Of a stretch of 64,000 nucleotides of DNA, positions 1 to 9,207 are shown in pieces. Position 1 is the stretch's first letter; each line of letters starts with the position of its first letter. The stretch spans positions 4,269 through 68,268 of the forward strand of contig CANGZU010000001.1 in assembly GCA_947458785.1 (NCBI GenBank). The letters are read 5' to 3'. The notes under the pieces were generated by a model. That model made no database searches. It saw nothing but the letters and a program-made list of their open reading frames with translations, and was not told the origin of the DNA. A program made the translations under genes and the position numbers. The DNA is from Ignavibacteria bacterium. Lineage in GTDB: Bacteria; Bacteroidota; Ignavibacteria; Kapaibacteriales; Kapaibacteriaceae.

Positions 1-87
1 GACCGGCAGCTGCGCGTATTCCGGGAGACGGGCAGCATGACAGAAGTGGCGAAGTACATTCATGAAGAATCAACACGTGGGCTCTAA
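1..87 (+). CDS. 3' end of carboxylate-amine ligase (YbdK/GCS2 family), partial
   Basis: Frame 1 reads DRQLRVFRETGSMTEVAKYIHEESTRGL-stop (TAA 85-87), resembling the ADRQL..F.ETG C-terminus of YbdK-type ligases; not in the ORF track. Confidence 0.65.
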   Translation, partial: DRQLRVFRETGSMTEVAKYIHEESTRGL

Positions 88-91
88 TCCT

Positions 92-1591
92 ATGAAGCAT
101 CTGCTTACCATATCGCTGATTGTTCTCCAATGCCTAACACTGCACGCCGGTGAAGATGAAAAGCCGCAAAAGGCAGCTGTTCCCATCATTCATGAGCCCA
201 CGACCACGAATCACAGCATCACGATCGATGGAAATAAGATCGACTATCAAACGACCGTTGGTCACCTAAAACTCGTGCAGGAAGATGGGACACTTCGTGC
301 CAATGTATTCTTCATTGCCTACACAAAAAGTGGCGTCACTGACGCATCCGCTCGCCCCCTGACATTCTCGTTTAATGGCGGGCCAGGCTCCTCAAGCGTC
401 TGGTTGCATCTTGGCGTACTGGGCCCGCGCCGTGTACTGATGAACGACGACGGCACGACACTGCCGCCACCATACAAACTCGTCGACAACGACCAGTCAT
501 GGCTCGACCTGACGGACATGGTCTTCATCGATCCGGTGAGCACGGGCTTCTCACGTGCCGTCGATGACAAATCTGCCAAGCAATTCCACGGATACAATCA
601 GGATATCGAATCGGTTGGAGAGTTCATTCGCCGCTGGGTTTCGGATAACAAGCGCTGGTCTTCACCGAAGTATTTGATAGGCGAGTCATACGGCACAACG
701 CGCGCCAGCGCGCTCTCTGAACACGTGCAGTCAAAGTACGGCATGTACCTCAATGGTGTGATCCTCGTAAGTGCCGTGTTGAACTTCCAGACCATAGACT
801 TCAACGACGGCAACGACCTGCCATTTGCCACGTTCCTTCCAACCTATACCGCATCTGCCTGGTACCACAAACGCCTTCCGCCAGACCTGCTGGCAATGCC
901 CCTTGAGACTGTTGTTGAATCTGCACGTGTCTTTGCCAGCACGACCTACACACAGATGCTGATGAAGGGGTGGATGATGACGCCGGAGGAGCGCACATCT
1001 ACAATTGAGAAACTCGCCCGCTTTACAGGCCTTTCGCGGGAGTATCTCGATAAGGCCGACCTGCGCCCTATCATTTTTCGCTTCTGCCAAGAACTACTCC
1101 GCGACAGGGGGCAAGTAATCGGTCGCTTTGATAGCCGCTACACTGGAACGATCGCCGACCGACTGGGTGAATCCATGGAGCGCGATCCATCGCACCATCC
1201 AACAATTGCCGGGTGCTTTTCAACCTGTATCAACGACTATCTTACTCGTGAGCTTGGCGTCAAGACCACACTTCCCTACGAAGTGCTGACCGGACGCGTC
1301 TGGCCATGGGATTACTCCAATGTTCAGAATGAGTACCTCAACGTCGGACCTCGTCTTCGCAACGCCGTCCAGATGAATCCTTCGCTTCGTGTGTGGGTGC
1401 TCAACGGTTACTACGACCTGGCTACACCGTTCTACGGAACAGAGTACACATTCTCGCATCTGGGGCTGCCCGAGTCGCTCCGCAAGAACGTATCGATGTC
1501 CTACTACAAGGCCGGACACATGATGTATCTGCTCAAAACAGAGCTGGTGCAGATGAAGCAAGACGCCAAACAGTGGTATGGTGTTCGTTAA
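92..1591 (+). CDS. Secreted serine carboxypeptidase, peptidase S10 family
   Basis: FNGGPGSSS, IGESYG nucleophile motif, GHMMY His motif; signal peptide from ATG 92 (MKHLLTISLIV). Confidence 0.9.
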   Translation: MKHLLTISLIVLQCLTLHAGEDEKPQKAAVPIIHEPTTTNHSITIDGNKIDYQTTVGHLKLVQEDGTLRANVFFIAYTKSGVTDASARPLTFSFNGGPGSSSVWLHLGVLGPRRVLMNDDGTTLPPPYKLVDNDQSWLDLTDMVFIDPVSTGFSRAVDDKSAKQFHGYNQDIESVGEFIRRWVSDNKRWSSPKYLIGESYGTTRASALSEHVQSKYGMYLNGVILVSAVLNFQTIDFNDGNDLPFATFLPTYTASAWYHKRLPPDLLAMPLETVVESARVFASTTYTQMLMKGWMMTPEERTSTIEKLARFTGLSREYLDKADLRPIIFRFCQELLRDRGQVIGRFDSRYTGTIADRLGESMERDPSHHPTIAGCFSTCINDYLTRELGVKTTLPYEVLTGRVWPWDYSNVQNEYLNVGPRLRNAVQMNPSLRVWVLNGYYDLATPFYGTEYTFSHLGLPESLRKNVSMSYYKAGHMMYLLKTELVQMKQDAKQWYGVR

Positions 1592-2631
1592 GAGGCGCGA
1601 AGAACTCCCCTCGGGCAAACGCTAACACATACTCCGCAGCCTACGCATGATGCGCGTTTGATTTCCTTGCCCTCTTGGGCGTAGGATCGGACATCGATGC
1701 CCATCTCACAATAGGTACTGCAGTTACCACAAGAAATGCACTGGCCTTGATTGGTCTCAATGCGGAATCGTGATGCATACTTCTGCAGAATGCCAAGCAG
1801 CGCAGCCATGGGGCATCCAAATCGGCACCATACACGTGAACCCAGAATCGGATAGAAACCCACTCCAACGACACCCGAGAATAGTCCACCGATGACAAAC
1901 CCATAGATGCGATTTGCTGTATCAGCGTATAGCTGCAACGCTGGATCTGGATGGGCATCAACATACCATAACAGTGCAGTGATTCCGATGATGATGACCA
2001 AGACTGGATAGATCGTCCACCGTTCAATTGTCCACGATAAGGGGCCTTTGCTGCTGAGATGACGGAACGAATCCCCGGCTGTCTCGGCCAATGCGCCGCA
2101 TCCGCAGACCCATGAGCAATACCAGCGCTTGCCATAGAAGTAAGTAAGCACGGGCGTCGCAACAACAAGCATGATCACACTCCACCATCCCATAAAGACA
2201 CGAAGCCTATCTGGACTGTCGATGAGTGGATGCAGCGTTGATGGGAAAAGATACTCGGGCTTCAAGGGCCAAAAGTAGCTGAAGTAGAACTCGCCGTGTC
2301 CACTGTGCTGAAGCATGTTCGGCAGTATGAATGCGAGAAGCAGTTGAACTGTAACAAGCGAGACCGTGCGTAGCATGTGATAGCGCTCGTTGCGATAGTC
2401 AATGATCTTCTTGACACCAAACATGCATACCACAAGTGTGTAGACTGCGCTGTACCAAAACCACACTGTCTGCGGTGCACCAAACGTTTCGGGTCGCCAG
2501 TAGACAATGGCATACAACGATGTTAGAACGATGCCCAGCCCATAGGCCATCCATCCCCTGTTGCGCAGCGATGATGACATTGGTGCAGAATTCACAGCTT
2601 CGGTGGGTATCGCAATCTGTATTGGTGTCAT
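1588..2631 (-). CDS. Membrane 4Fe-4S ferredoxin-type protein (NapH/RdxA-like)
   Basis: Multiple TM helices, CSWVCGCG and CRFGCP motifs, two CxxCxxCxxxC ferredoxin motifs at C-terminus; start MTPIQ overlaps the upstream stop (ATGA). Confidence 0.85.
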   Translation of the reverse strand: MTPIQIAIPTEAVNSAPMSSSLRNRGWMAYGLGIVLTSLYAIVYWRPETFGAPQTVWFWYSAVYTLVVCMFGVKKIIDYRNERYHMLRTVSLVTVQLLLAFILPNMLQHSGHGEFYFSYFWPLKPEYLFPSTLHPLIDSPDRLRVFMGWWSVIMLVVATPVLTYFYGKRWYCSWVCGCGALAETAGDSFRHLSSKGPLSWTIERWTIYPVLVIIIGITALLWYVDAHPDPALQLYADTANRIYGFVIGGLFSGVVGVGFYPILGSRVWCRFGCPMAALLGILQKYASRFRIETNQGQCISCGNCSTYCEMGIDVRSYAQEGKEIKRASCVGCGVCVSVCPRGVLRAS

Positions 2632-3797
2632 AGACACACCCTTGTTGAAAGCTGTGGATCGAACAACGCAGCACCAATGTTTCGTCGAACATAGTCCACA
2701 TCCCGACCCTGCATGATCCACTCGTTGCAGATGCTTTGGCGAAGACGTATGCCCAAGGCATGCACTCCAACGACCGAACCATCTGTGGTGTGCGCAATAC
2801 GCAGACAACGCGGCCGCTGCAAATCCATCCACAAGAACGTGTTGACATCATCTCGTGGAACTGTACCGTAGACCTGCCATTCCACATCAAAGAACTTGGC
2901 ACTGTTGTAGTAGAGTGATGGCAAATACTCCGACGATTGCCCGGTCAGCATTGCCGCAAGTGTTGCTCCATGCTCTCGTCCAACATACCATCCTTGACTA
3001 TTCCCCCAGGGTAGATGGGCACAATCTCCAATGGCAAAGATCCCCATTGCGCTTGTCTCGAACTTTTCGTTGACGACGATGCCAGAGGTGCATGTGATCC
3101 CTGCCTGCTCAGCTAACGACATGCTCGGTTCCATGCCAATGGCAACCACAACGAGATCGGCATCTCCTAGCACATCATCGGATGCTACGACCGTGTTGAT
3201 GCGCACGTCGATGCCGCGCCTTCGGACATGATCTGTGAGAAACTCTGACTCTTCTTCTGGAAGATGACTCCTGTAGACTCCGGATTCACGGATAAACCAC
3301 GTGGTTGGAATACCACGGGATGATAGTATCTCAGTAACCTCTGCGCCAATCAGACCACCTCCCACAACTGCCGCACGCTTGCAGCTGTGTATGGCTACGT
3401 TAAGTGCATCGATATCTGACAGCCGGGAGTACGTGAGCACCGTTCGATGCGAGGCAATCGATGCTTCAAGTAATCGTGGCTTTGCGCCCGTTGCAAGCAC
3501 AATGGCATCAGCCTGCATGGTTGTTCCGCTGCCCAAACTGCAGGTCTTGCTCTGCGCATCGATGTGCATACATGTATCATGCACAAGCCGTATGCCCATC
3601 CTATCCCACTCTTCATCACGATAGGGCTTGATGTGCTCACGCTCGAGTTGTCCGAGCGACACATACATCATCGCGGGACGCGAGAAATGGTAAGGGGCTT
3701 CACCTGATACGATCGTTACTTCGTAATCACTGAGCTCACGCAATTTGCGCGCGGCCGTGACTCCGGCAACACCATTACCGATGATGACAACATGCAT
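2628..3797 (-). CDS. NAD(P)/FAD-dependent oxidoreductase (ferredoxin/rubredoxin reductase-like)
   Basis: GNGVAG FAD-binding motif, LATG, GGGLIG NAD-binding motif, IFAIGD. Confidence 0.88.
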   Translation of the reverse strand: MHVVIIGNGVAGVTAARKLRELSDYEVTIVSGEAPYHFSRPAMMYVSLGQLEREHIKPYRDEEWDRMGIRLVHDTCMHIDAQSKTCSLGSGTTMQADAIVLATGAKPRLLEASIASHRTVLTYSRLSDIDALNVAIHSCKRAAVVGGGLIGAEVTEILSSRGIPTTWFIRESGVYRSHLPEEESEFLTDHVRRRGIDVRINTVVASDDVLGDADLVVVAIGMEPSMSLAEQAGITCTSGIVVNEKFETSAMGIFAIGDCAHLPWGNSQGWYVGREHGATLAAMLTGQSSEYLPSLYYNSAKFFDVEWQVYGTVPRDDVNTFLWMDLQRPRCLRIAHTTDGSVVGVHALGIRLRQSICNEWIMQGRDVDYVRRNIGAALFDPQLSTRVCL

Positions 3798-3814
3798 GGA
3801 GCGAATCTACTGCA

Positions 3815-4417
3815 TCACTGCGAGAGTAACTCTGGCATTACCGCAGTAAGGTCATCAACTGTGTCGATATCGCGCAGCACAGGCAGGTGGACAACAGAGA
3901 GTCCGGCTGATGTCGCACGCTCAAGTGTCTGCTCAAGCACGTGTTCGGTGCTCCAGGAGATGCCTTCAAACAGCCCCTCATGTAGTTGCTTCATGCCGAT
4001 GAGATAGTACCCTCCATCATGTGCCGGACCAATCACAACATCTGCAGTGTCGAGGCCTGTGATCGCCTGTTGCACGATCTGGGCTGTGATATTCGGCGTG
4101 TCGGAGCCGATAACAATCTGCACTGGATACGAAGAGCAGTCCTTCATGGCATTGATGATCCGCTCGCCGAGCGACGCACCGTGTTGTTTGATTGGACCAA
4201 CGGTTCCGGCCTGGACAAGGGTTATGTTGCCATCGACACATGCGCACACCTCATATCCAGAGCCTCTAGAGAGATTTGCAAACAGCGTTGCCATCATGAT
4301 CGAATACACATGATAGGCACGCTCCTCTCCAATGTCCTTGGCAAGGCGGGTCTTTACTCGCCCCCTCTCAGGAGCCCTGCAGACAACGATCACCACCGCA
4401 TCGTGCGGCTGACTCAT
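3815..4417 (-). CDS. TIGR04282/DUF2064-type glycosyltransferase-like protein (arsS-associated)
   Basis: GRVKTRLA, IGSDTP, GPAHDGGYYLIG, DIDTVDD motifs. Confidence 0.88.
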   Translation of the reverse strand: MSQPHDAVVIVVCRAPERGRVKTRLAKDIGEERAYHVYSIMMATLFANLSRGSGYEVCACVDGNITLVQAGTVGPIKQHGASLGERIINAMKDCSSYPVQIVIGSDTPNITAQIVQQAITGLDTADVVIGPAHDGGYYLIGMKQLHEGLFEGISWSTEHVLEQTLERATSAGLSVVHLPVLRDIDTVDDLTAVMPELLSQ

Positions 4418-4851
4418 GATCTCTTGCCCCAGTACTTTGGCGGCACGAAGAAGAGTCCGTAGGCCTCTCCTGTATCATTGCCAACATGTTTATGATGCGC
4501 CATATGCATCTTATACACCGCCTGCAGGTATCTGTTCGTGGGAAGGGGCTGACGTAGAAACCGCTTATGGATCACCATGTCGTGCATCACGAAGTACGAC
4601 ATACCATACGCCGCGATACCAAGTCCAAAAAAGACAGAAGGTCCATCTGGCAAACCGATAGCGATTAGCACAAGAGCAATGCTTGTGAAGAAGAGCACAA
4701 ACACATCGTTTAGTTCAAGTGGATGCTTGGAAGGGGCATGATGCGTGTGATGAATGCGCCAGAGCGGACCATGCATTACATAGCGGTGAAACACCGTCGT
4801 AAATGCCTCCATACCAATGATTCCGGCGATGATGAAGAGAGCCTCAATCAC
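4414..4851 (-). CDS. crtZ: Beta-carotene hydroxylase (sterol desaturase family)
   Basis: His boxes HRYVMHG, HHTHH, ELND, HDMVIH, HMAHH. Confidence 0.8.
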   Translation of the reverse strand: MIEALFIIAGIIGMEAFTTVFHRYVMHGPLWRIHHTHHAPSKHPLELNDVFVLFFTSIALVLIAIGLPDGPSVFFGLGIAAYGMSYFVMHDMVIHKRFLRQPLPTNRYLQAVYKMHMAHHKHVGNDTGEAYGLFFVPPKYWGKRS

Positions 4852-5420
4852 TGTTGCACCTCATGATAGCGGAAGCACGAAACTAGGTGATCATTGACCA
4901 TGCCAGTTGCCTGCATGTGGGCGTAGACAACAGTGCTGCCAACAAATGAGAATCCTCGCTGTTTGAGGTCCTTGCTGAGACGATCAGAGACATCCGTCTT
5001 GGAAGGCAAATCACTGAGTTCATGGAATGCGTTGATAGTTGGCCGACCATCCACAAAATCCCAAATGTATGCGTCGAATGAGCCGTGGCTCTCTTGAACA
5101 CGAAGAAACGCTTGCGCGTTGGCCACAGCAGCCCTAATCTTTTGTTGATTGCGGATGATGCCAGGATCTGCCATACAGCGGATGATGTCGGTCTCGGTAA
5201 ATCTCGCTACCACGTCTGGCCGAAAACCAGCGAACGCCTCGCGAAAGTTCTCACGCTTCTTCAGAACGGTATGCCAGCTCAATCCCGCCTGCATTGTTTC
5301 GAGAATGAGGAACTCGAACAAGAGCTGATCATCATGTAATGGCAAGCCCCATTCGTGATCGTGATAGTGCATGTAGAGGTCGTCCTTCATACACCAGCCA
5401 CATCGATGGATCGCACTCAT
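4848..5420 (-). CDS. tag: DNA-3-methyladenine glycosylase I
   Basis: RCGW, YHDHEWG, QAGLSW, GMVNDHLVSC; start MSAIH overlaps the arsS stop. Confidence 0.92.
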   Translation of the reverse strand: MSAIHRCGWCMKDDLYMHYHDHEWGLPLHDDQLLFEFLILETMQAGLSWHTVLKKRENFREAFAGFRPDVVARFTETDIIRCMADPGIIRNQQKIRAAVANAQAFLRVQESHGSFDAYIWDFVDGRPTINAFHELSDLPSKTDVSDRLSKDLKQRGFSFVGSTVVYAHMQATGMVNDHLVSCFRYHEVQQ

Positions 5421-6472
5421 GCCAGCTGCCCTCCACACGAAGAGCCCGAGCCTGCTGTGCAGCCAAAACAATGGCGGTCTGTAGCGATCATACGCGACGT
5501 AATCTGCGCCTCGTCGAACTCAGCAATGTGCTTGACGCGTGATGCAACTGGCATCTCAAGCATCTGATTGAAGTCACAGTCGTAGAGACGTCCATCGTAT
5601 CCAACCGATATGGTGGTTCGACACATTACACCATGCGCGGCCGCAGGGTTAAACGCATCGACCAGTGTACGCATGTATCGCTCGTAGTTGCCTGAGTTGA
5701 CCAAGAATTCAAGGAATCTCGAGATCGGCATGTTCGTTATGCAGTGCAGACTATTAAAGACAACGTTGTGCTTATCGGAAAGATTGCGCTTGAACTCCTT
5801 CTCCAGTGATGCCTGGGGTCCGGGCAGCAATGCTCCAACAGGATTGTAGACTAGGTCTATAAGAAGCCCGGAGTTTTCAATCCCGTATCCCACATCATTG
5901 AGCATTTTGAGTGCTCTGATCGAGTCGTGGAACACGCCGCCCCCTCGCTGACGATCCGTATACGTCGCGTCGTAGAACGGCAGGCTTGAGACAACATGTA
6001 CACCATGCTCAGCGTAAAACTGCGGCAGATCATGATACTTCGGATTGGCAACAATGATCGTCAGATTGCAACGCACCATTACCATTACGCCACGTGCTGA
6101 AAGCTGCTCGACAAACCAGCGAAACTCTGGATTCATCTCTGGCGCACCACCGGTGAGATCTACTGTTGAGATGGTGCTCGCATCGAGCGCATCGAGACAC
6201 TGCTGCATGATCTCGCGAGACATGATCTCGGTTCGATCGGGTCCGGCATCAACGTGACAATGCTTGCAGGCCTGGTTGCACATCTTGCCAAGATTGATCT
6301 GCAAGATTGACGGCGAAAGCGGACGGAGCTCACCGATTCCAGAGTGCATGAGCTGTTCATCAAACTGCGGCAGGGAAAGCACTGCTGCATCCTGTTGCAG
6401 AAGTTGACGTTGGACACCAACGTTGGAGAGCTCAGATCCGCGTCGGATAAGGCTGGTAGTTGCAAGAGCCAT
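5417..6472 (-). CDS. arsS: Radical SAM/Cys-rich protein, ArsS family (arsenosugar biosynthesis type)
   Basis: CNQACKHC radical SAM motif, HVDAGP, YDCDFNQ, C-terminal HCFGCTAGSGSSCGG. Confidence 0.88.
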   Translation of the reverse strand: MALATTSLIRRGSELSNVGVQRQLLQQDAAVLSLPQFDEQLMHSGIGELRPLSPSILQINLGKMCNQACKHCHVDAGPDRTEIMSREIMQQCLDALDASTISTVDLTGGAPEMNPEFRWFVEQLSARGVMVMVRCNLTIIVANPKYHDLPQFYAEHGVHVVSSLPFYDATYTDRQRGGGVFHDSIRALKMLNDVGYGIENSGLLIDLVYNPVGALLPGPQASLEKEFKRNLSDKHNVVFNSLHCITNMPISRFLEFLVNSGNYERYMRTLVDAFNPAAAHGVMCRTTISVGYDGRLYDCDFNQMLEMPVASRVKHIAEFDEAQITSRMIATDRHCFGCTAGSGSSCGGQLA

Positions 6473-6482
6473 CGTGGTGTGG

Positions 6483-6815
6483 TTACATCGATACTTCGTT
6501 GACCTTGTTCATCATCTGCACGCCGTGCACAAGGGATGCACCGCCGCGAATCGCGGCCGACACATGTACGGCCTCCATCATCATCTGTTCGGTAGCGCCC
6601 TTCTGCATACTATCTGTGGTATAGGCATCTATGCAATATGGACACTGCACAGCATGTGCGACAGCAAGAGCAATCAGCGACTTTTCACGCTGCGTGAGAG
6701 CTCCTTCGGCGAATACCGCACCATACCAGTCGAAGAACTTTTCGGCCAACTCTGGCTGGAGCTGCGAGATAGTACCAAACTTTGGTAAATCAGCTGGATC
6801 GTAATAGGTCTTCAT
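6483..6815 (-). CDS. AhpD/CMD-fold peroxidase-like protein associated with arsS (TIGR04169 type)
   Basis: REKSLIALAVAHAVQCPYCIDAY, AIRGGASLVHG; directly upstream of arsS. Confidence 0.88.
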   Translation of the reverse strand: MKTYYDPADLPKFGTISQLQPELAEKFFDWYGAVFAEGALTQREKSLIALAVAHAVQCPYCIDAYTTDSMQKGATEQMMMEAVHVSAAIRGGASLVHGVQMMNKVNEVSM

Positions 6816-6848
6816 GGCTTTCCTTTCCGCGGAGAATTGGCAGTGACG

Positions 6849-7397
6849 TTACTGCTTCTCATGGAAGCTTACAACAACGACAACAAGAGCCGCGCAGACC
6901 AGTGATGTGATCTCTGGAGACCAGTGGAAGAAACCACTGTACATCATGAGACTCACCAGTGCTGCAGCCATAAGCTCGCGAAGTCCGCGCATGCGCCCAG
7001 AGCGAACACGCATGTAGTTCGATGCCATGAGGCCAGAGAATCCGAAAATTGAAACGGGATAAAGCATACTTAGGCCCATGTATCCAATGAGCTGGACAAC
7101 GGCAAGATCCTGAGCGATAGATCCGCCAAACAATCTGGCGCTCGAGATCAGGAGCAAGAGAAGAAAACATGCAAGAAAAACTCCCTGCAGCATCTTAGCG
7201 CCTTGCATGCCGAAAAATCTATCGGCAACGTAGCAGGAATACATGGCACCACCACCAATGGTCATGACCACGCGCCCCAGCTGTAGAAGCGGGTCTATCT
7301 CCATGATCACCGCCGCGATTGAAAGTACTGCGCCAGCGACGACGACGCTGACGAATCTCCACATCCAAGGATCGAGACGCTTTAGCATGTTCCACAT
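6849..7397 (-). CDS. Hypothetical integral membrane protein
   Basis: About six hydrophobic segments; co-oriented and overlapping with the CDF gene. Confidence 0.6.
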   Translation of the reverse strand: MWNMLKRLDPWMWRFVSVVVAGAVLSIAAVIMEIDPLLQLGRVVMTIGGGAMYSCYVADRFFGMQGAKMLQGVFLACFLLLLLISSARLFGGSIAQDLAVVQLIGYMGLSMLYPVSIFGFSGLMASNYMRVRSGRMRGLRELMAAALVSLMMYSGFFHWSPEITSLVCAALVVVVVSFHEKQ

Positions 7398-8326
7398 TCT
7401 CCATTTGCGTGCAAGTGCTCACTTTCTACCTGCACGGTAACGTGCGTCAACTGAAATCTGTTCCGCAGAACTTCACGCACTTCTCGCACAATCTCATCCG
7501 ATGACCTAGCGCTGACTACATGCACCGAGGCCGCATTTTCACGGATCGTGAGTTGCCAAACGTGCACGTCATGAACATCCTTGACACCAGGAATCGACAT
7601 TAACTCGCTTTTGACATCAAGGGGCGAGATGTTCAACGGAGCCGATTCCATCAGGATAACACCAGACTCACGAATCACGCGCACGGCACCGCGTGTAATG
7701 ATGATCGCAATAAAAATGGATATGATCGGATCGATCAGTTCCCATCCCGTGAGCTCGATCACGCCTGCTGCGATGATCACACCAAGACTCGACATTAGAT
7801 CCGTCATCACATGCAGATAGGCACTCCGCGTGGTGATATGCTCGGACTTGTGCAGATACATGGCGCTGATGGCATTGGCAAAAAAACCCACGATGGCAAC
7901 GTAGAGCATGATCTCTGAATCAACATGTGAGTGCTCATCACCTGCCATACGGCGGATTGCTTCGATCACAATGTAGATGCAGATGCCGATCAGCAGAAAT
8001 CCATTTGTAAGCGCTGCCAGAATCTCGATGCGCCGCAGACCGAAAGTGTATCGGATGTCATGTTGCTCGCGCGCCTTGGCAGCCAGTCGTAGACCAAAGA
8101 AGGCAATCAGCAGTGATGCCAGATCAACGAGCACGTGTCCAGCGTCGGAGAGCAATGAAAGACTGCCCGAGACGAGGCCACCAACAACCTGCACAGCAAA
8201 CACCGCGGCCGTTAGAACAACCGCTACACGAAGCGGCTTGATGTCGGTATGCTCGTGTATGTGCCCGTGATGGTGGTGATCATGGTGTTCATGGTCATGA
8301 TGACCATGATGGTGGTGATGTCCCAT
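7382..8326 (-). CDS. Cation diffusion facilitator (CzcD/ZitB-like) with His-rich N-terminus
   Basis: SDAGHVLVD and HVMTD metal sites, HDVHVW, THVTVQVE; N-terminal MGHHHHHGHHDHEHHDHHHH. Confidence 0.92.
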   Translation of the reverse strand: MGHHHHHGHHDHEHHDHHHHGHIHEHTDIKPLRVAVVLTAAVFAVQVVGGLVSGSLSLLSDAGHVLVDLASLLIAFFGLRLAAKAREQHDIRYTFGLRRIEILAALTNGFLLIGICIYIVIEAIRRMAGDEHSHVDSEIMLYVAIVGFFANAISAMYLHKSEHITTRSAYLHVMTDLMSSLGVIIAAGVIELTGWELIDPIISIFIAIIITRGAVRVIRESGVILMESAPLNISPLDVKSELMSIPGVKDVHDVHVWQLTIRENAASVHVVSARSSDEIVREVREVLRNRFQLTHVTVQVESEHLHANGECGTC

Positions 8327-8329
8327 GAC

Positions 8330-9178
8330 TTAACGTCCAGTGAAGATGAGAACAAGGTAGATCGTCACTAACGGGGCTACAAAGAGCATTGAATCAAACC
8401 GGTCAAGGATTCCACCATGACCCGGAATGATGTGCGACGAATCCTTTACAACCGCATCTCTCTTGAGCCACGACTCTGCGAGATCGCCGATCGGGCCAAA
8501 GACGGCAATAATCGCACCGATGACAACGGCATGAATCATTGGAACGGTGGGCATGAGCCATGTGAACAAGCCGATCACAATCAGGACGGCAGCAATACCA
8601 CCCCCGATAGCCCCCTCCCAAGTCTTCTTGGGACTTACGCGAGGAAAGAGTTTATGCTTTCCGATGGCCAGTCCAGTAAAATAGGCGGCACTGTCGCACA
8701 TCCACACCCCGGCAAACAACGTAACTGTGAGTGAGGCTCCGTCGAATCCACCGATATTCACATTTGAACGAAGCATCATGAGCATCGACAGGCACACTGT
8801 TACGTAGACAACCCCAAAGACCGTGAGGGATGTATTGAGGAGAGCGTTTTCCTCGGCACGAAACATCTCTGCCGTGAGCGTGAGAAGCACGAATCCAATC
8901 GCGGCAACGGTCAGGTAGACCATGATCTGAGCACCTTGCGCCGTGGTGGACACAGTGTACAGGAGAAACAGGATCTGCAGTGCAATACTGCCAATAACTC
9001 CGACCACCTTGTTCGGTACAGCATGCTTCGACTCCGCAAGCTTGTAGAACTCGAGAAGCGCAAGGGTGGTCAAGGGGATGATGACAGCCGAGAATACTCT
9101 GGCGTCTGCATAGATCAGAGCTATCGTGGCTGGTATGCCTACTAGACCCACGAGGATGCGTTTTACCATGTTCGTCAT
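8330..9178 (-). CDS. cdsA: Phosphatidate cytidylyltransferase
   Basis: SPKKTWEG, GDLAESWLKR, KDSSHIIPGHGGILDRFDS. Confidence 0.95.
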   Translation of the reverse strand: MTNMVKRILVGLVGIPATIALIYADARVFSAVIIPLTTLALLEFYKLAESKHAVPNKVVGVIGSIALQILFLLYTVSTTAQGAQIMVYLTVAAIGFVLLTLTAEMFRAEENALLNTSLTVFGVVYVTVCLSMLMMLRSNVNIGGFDGASLTVTLFAGVWMCDSAAYFTGLAIGKHKLFPRVSPKKTWEGAIGGGIAAVLIVIGLFTWLMPTVPMIHAVVIGAIIAVFGPIGDLAESWLKRDAVVKDSSHIIPGHGGILDRFDSMLFVAPLVTIYLVLIFTGR

Positions 9179-9182
9179 GACG

Positions 9183-9200
9183 CGAAGCTACGTACTTTCG
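9183..9200. promoter_or_regulatory. Back-to-back putative -7 promoter elements (TAGCTTCG on -, TACTTTCG on +)
   Basis: Near matches to Bacteroidota TAnnTTTG in the 29-bp gap between divergent genes. Confidence 0.45.
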
Positions 9201-9207
9201 TAGCGCT

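Noticed and set aside
2632..2832. Cys-rich N-terminal extension of the 4Fe-4S protein in the ORF track
   Set aside because: It lies inside the upstream oxidoreductase gene; the ATGA-coupled start at 2631 is more plausible
5417..5470. Selenocysteine in the ArsS C-terminal SS(C/U)GG motif
   Set aside because: The codon is TGT (Cys); the TGA stop overlaps the tag start codon as ordinary coupling
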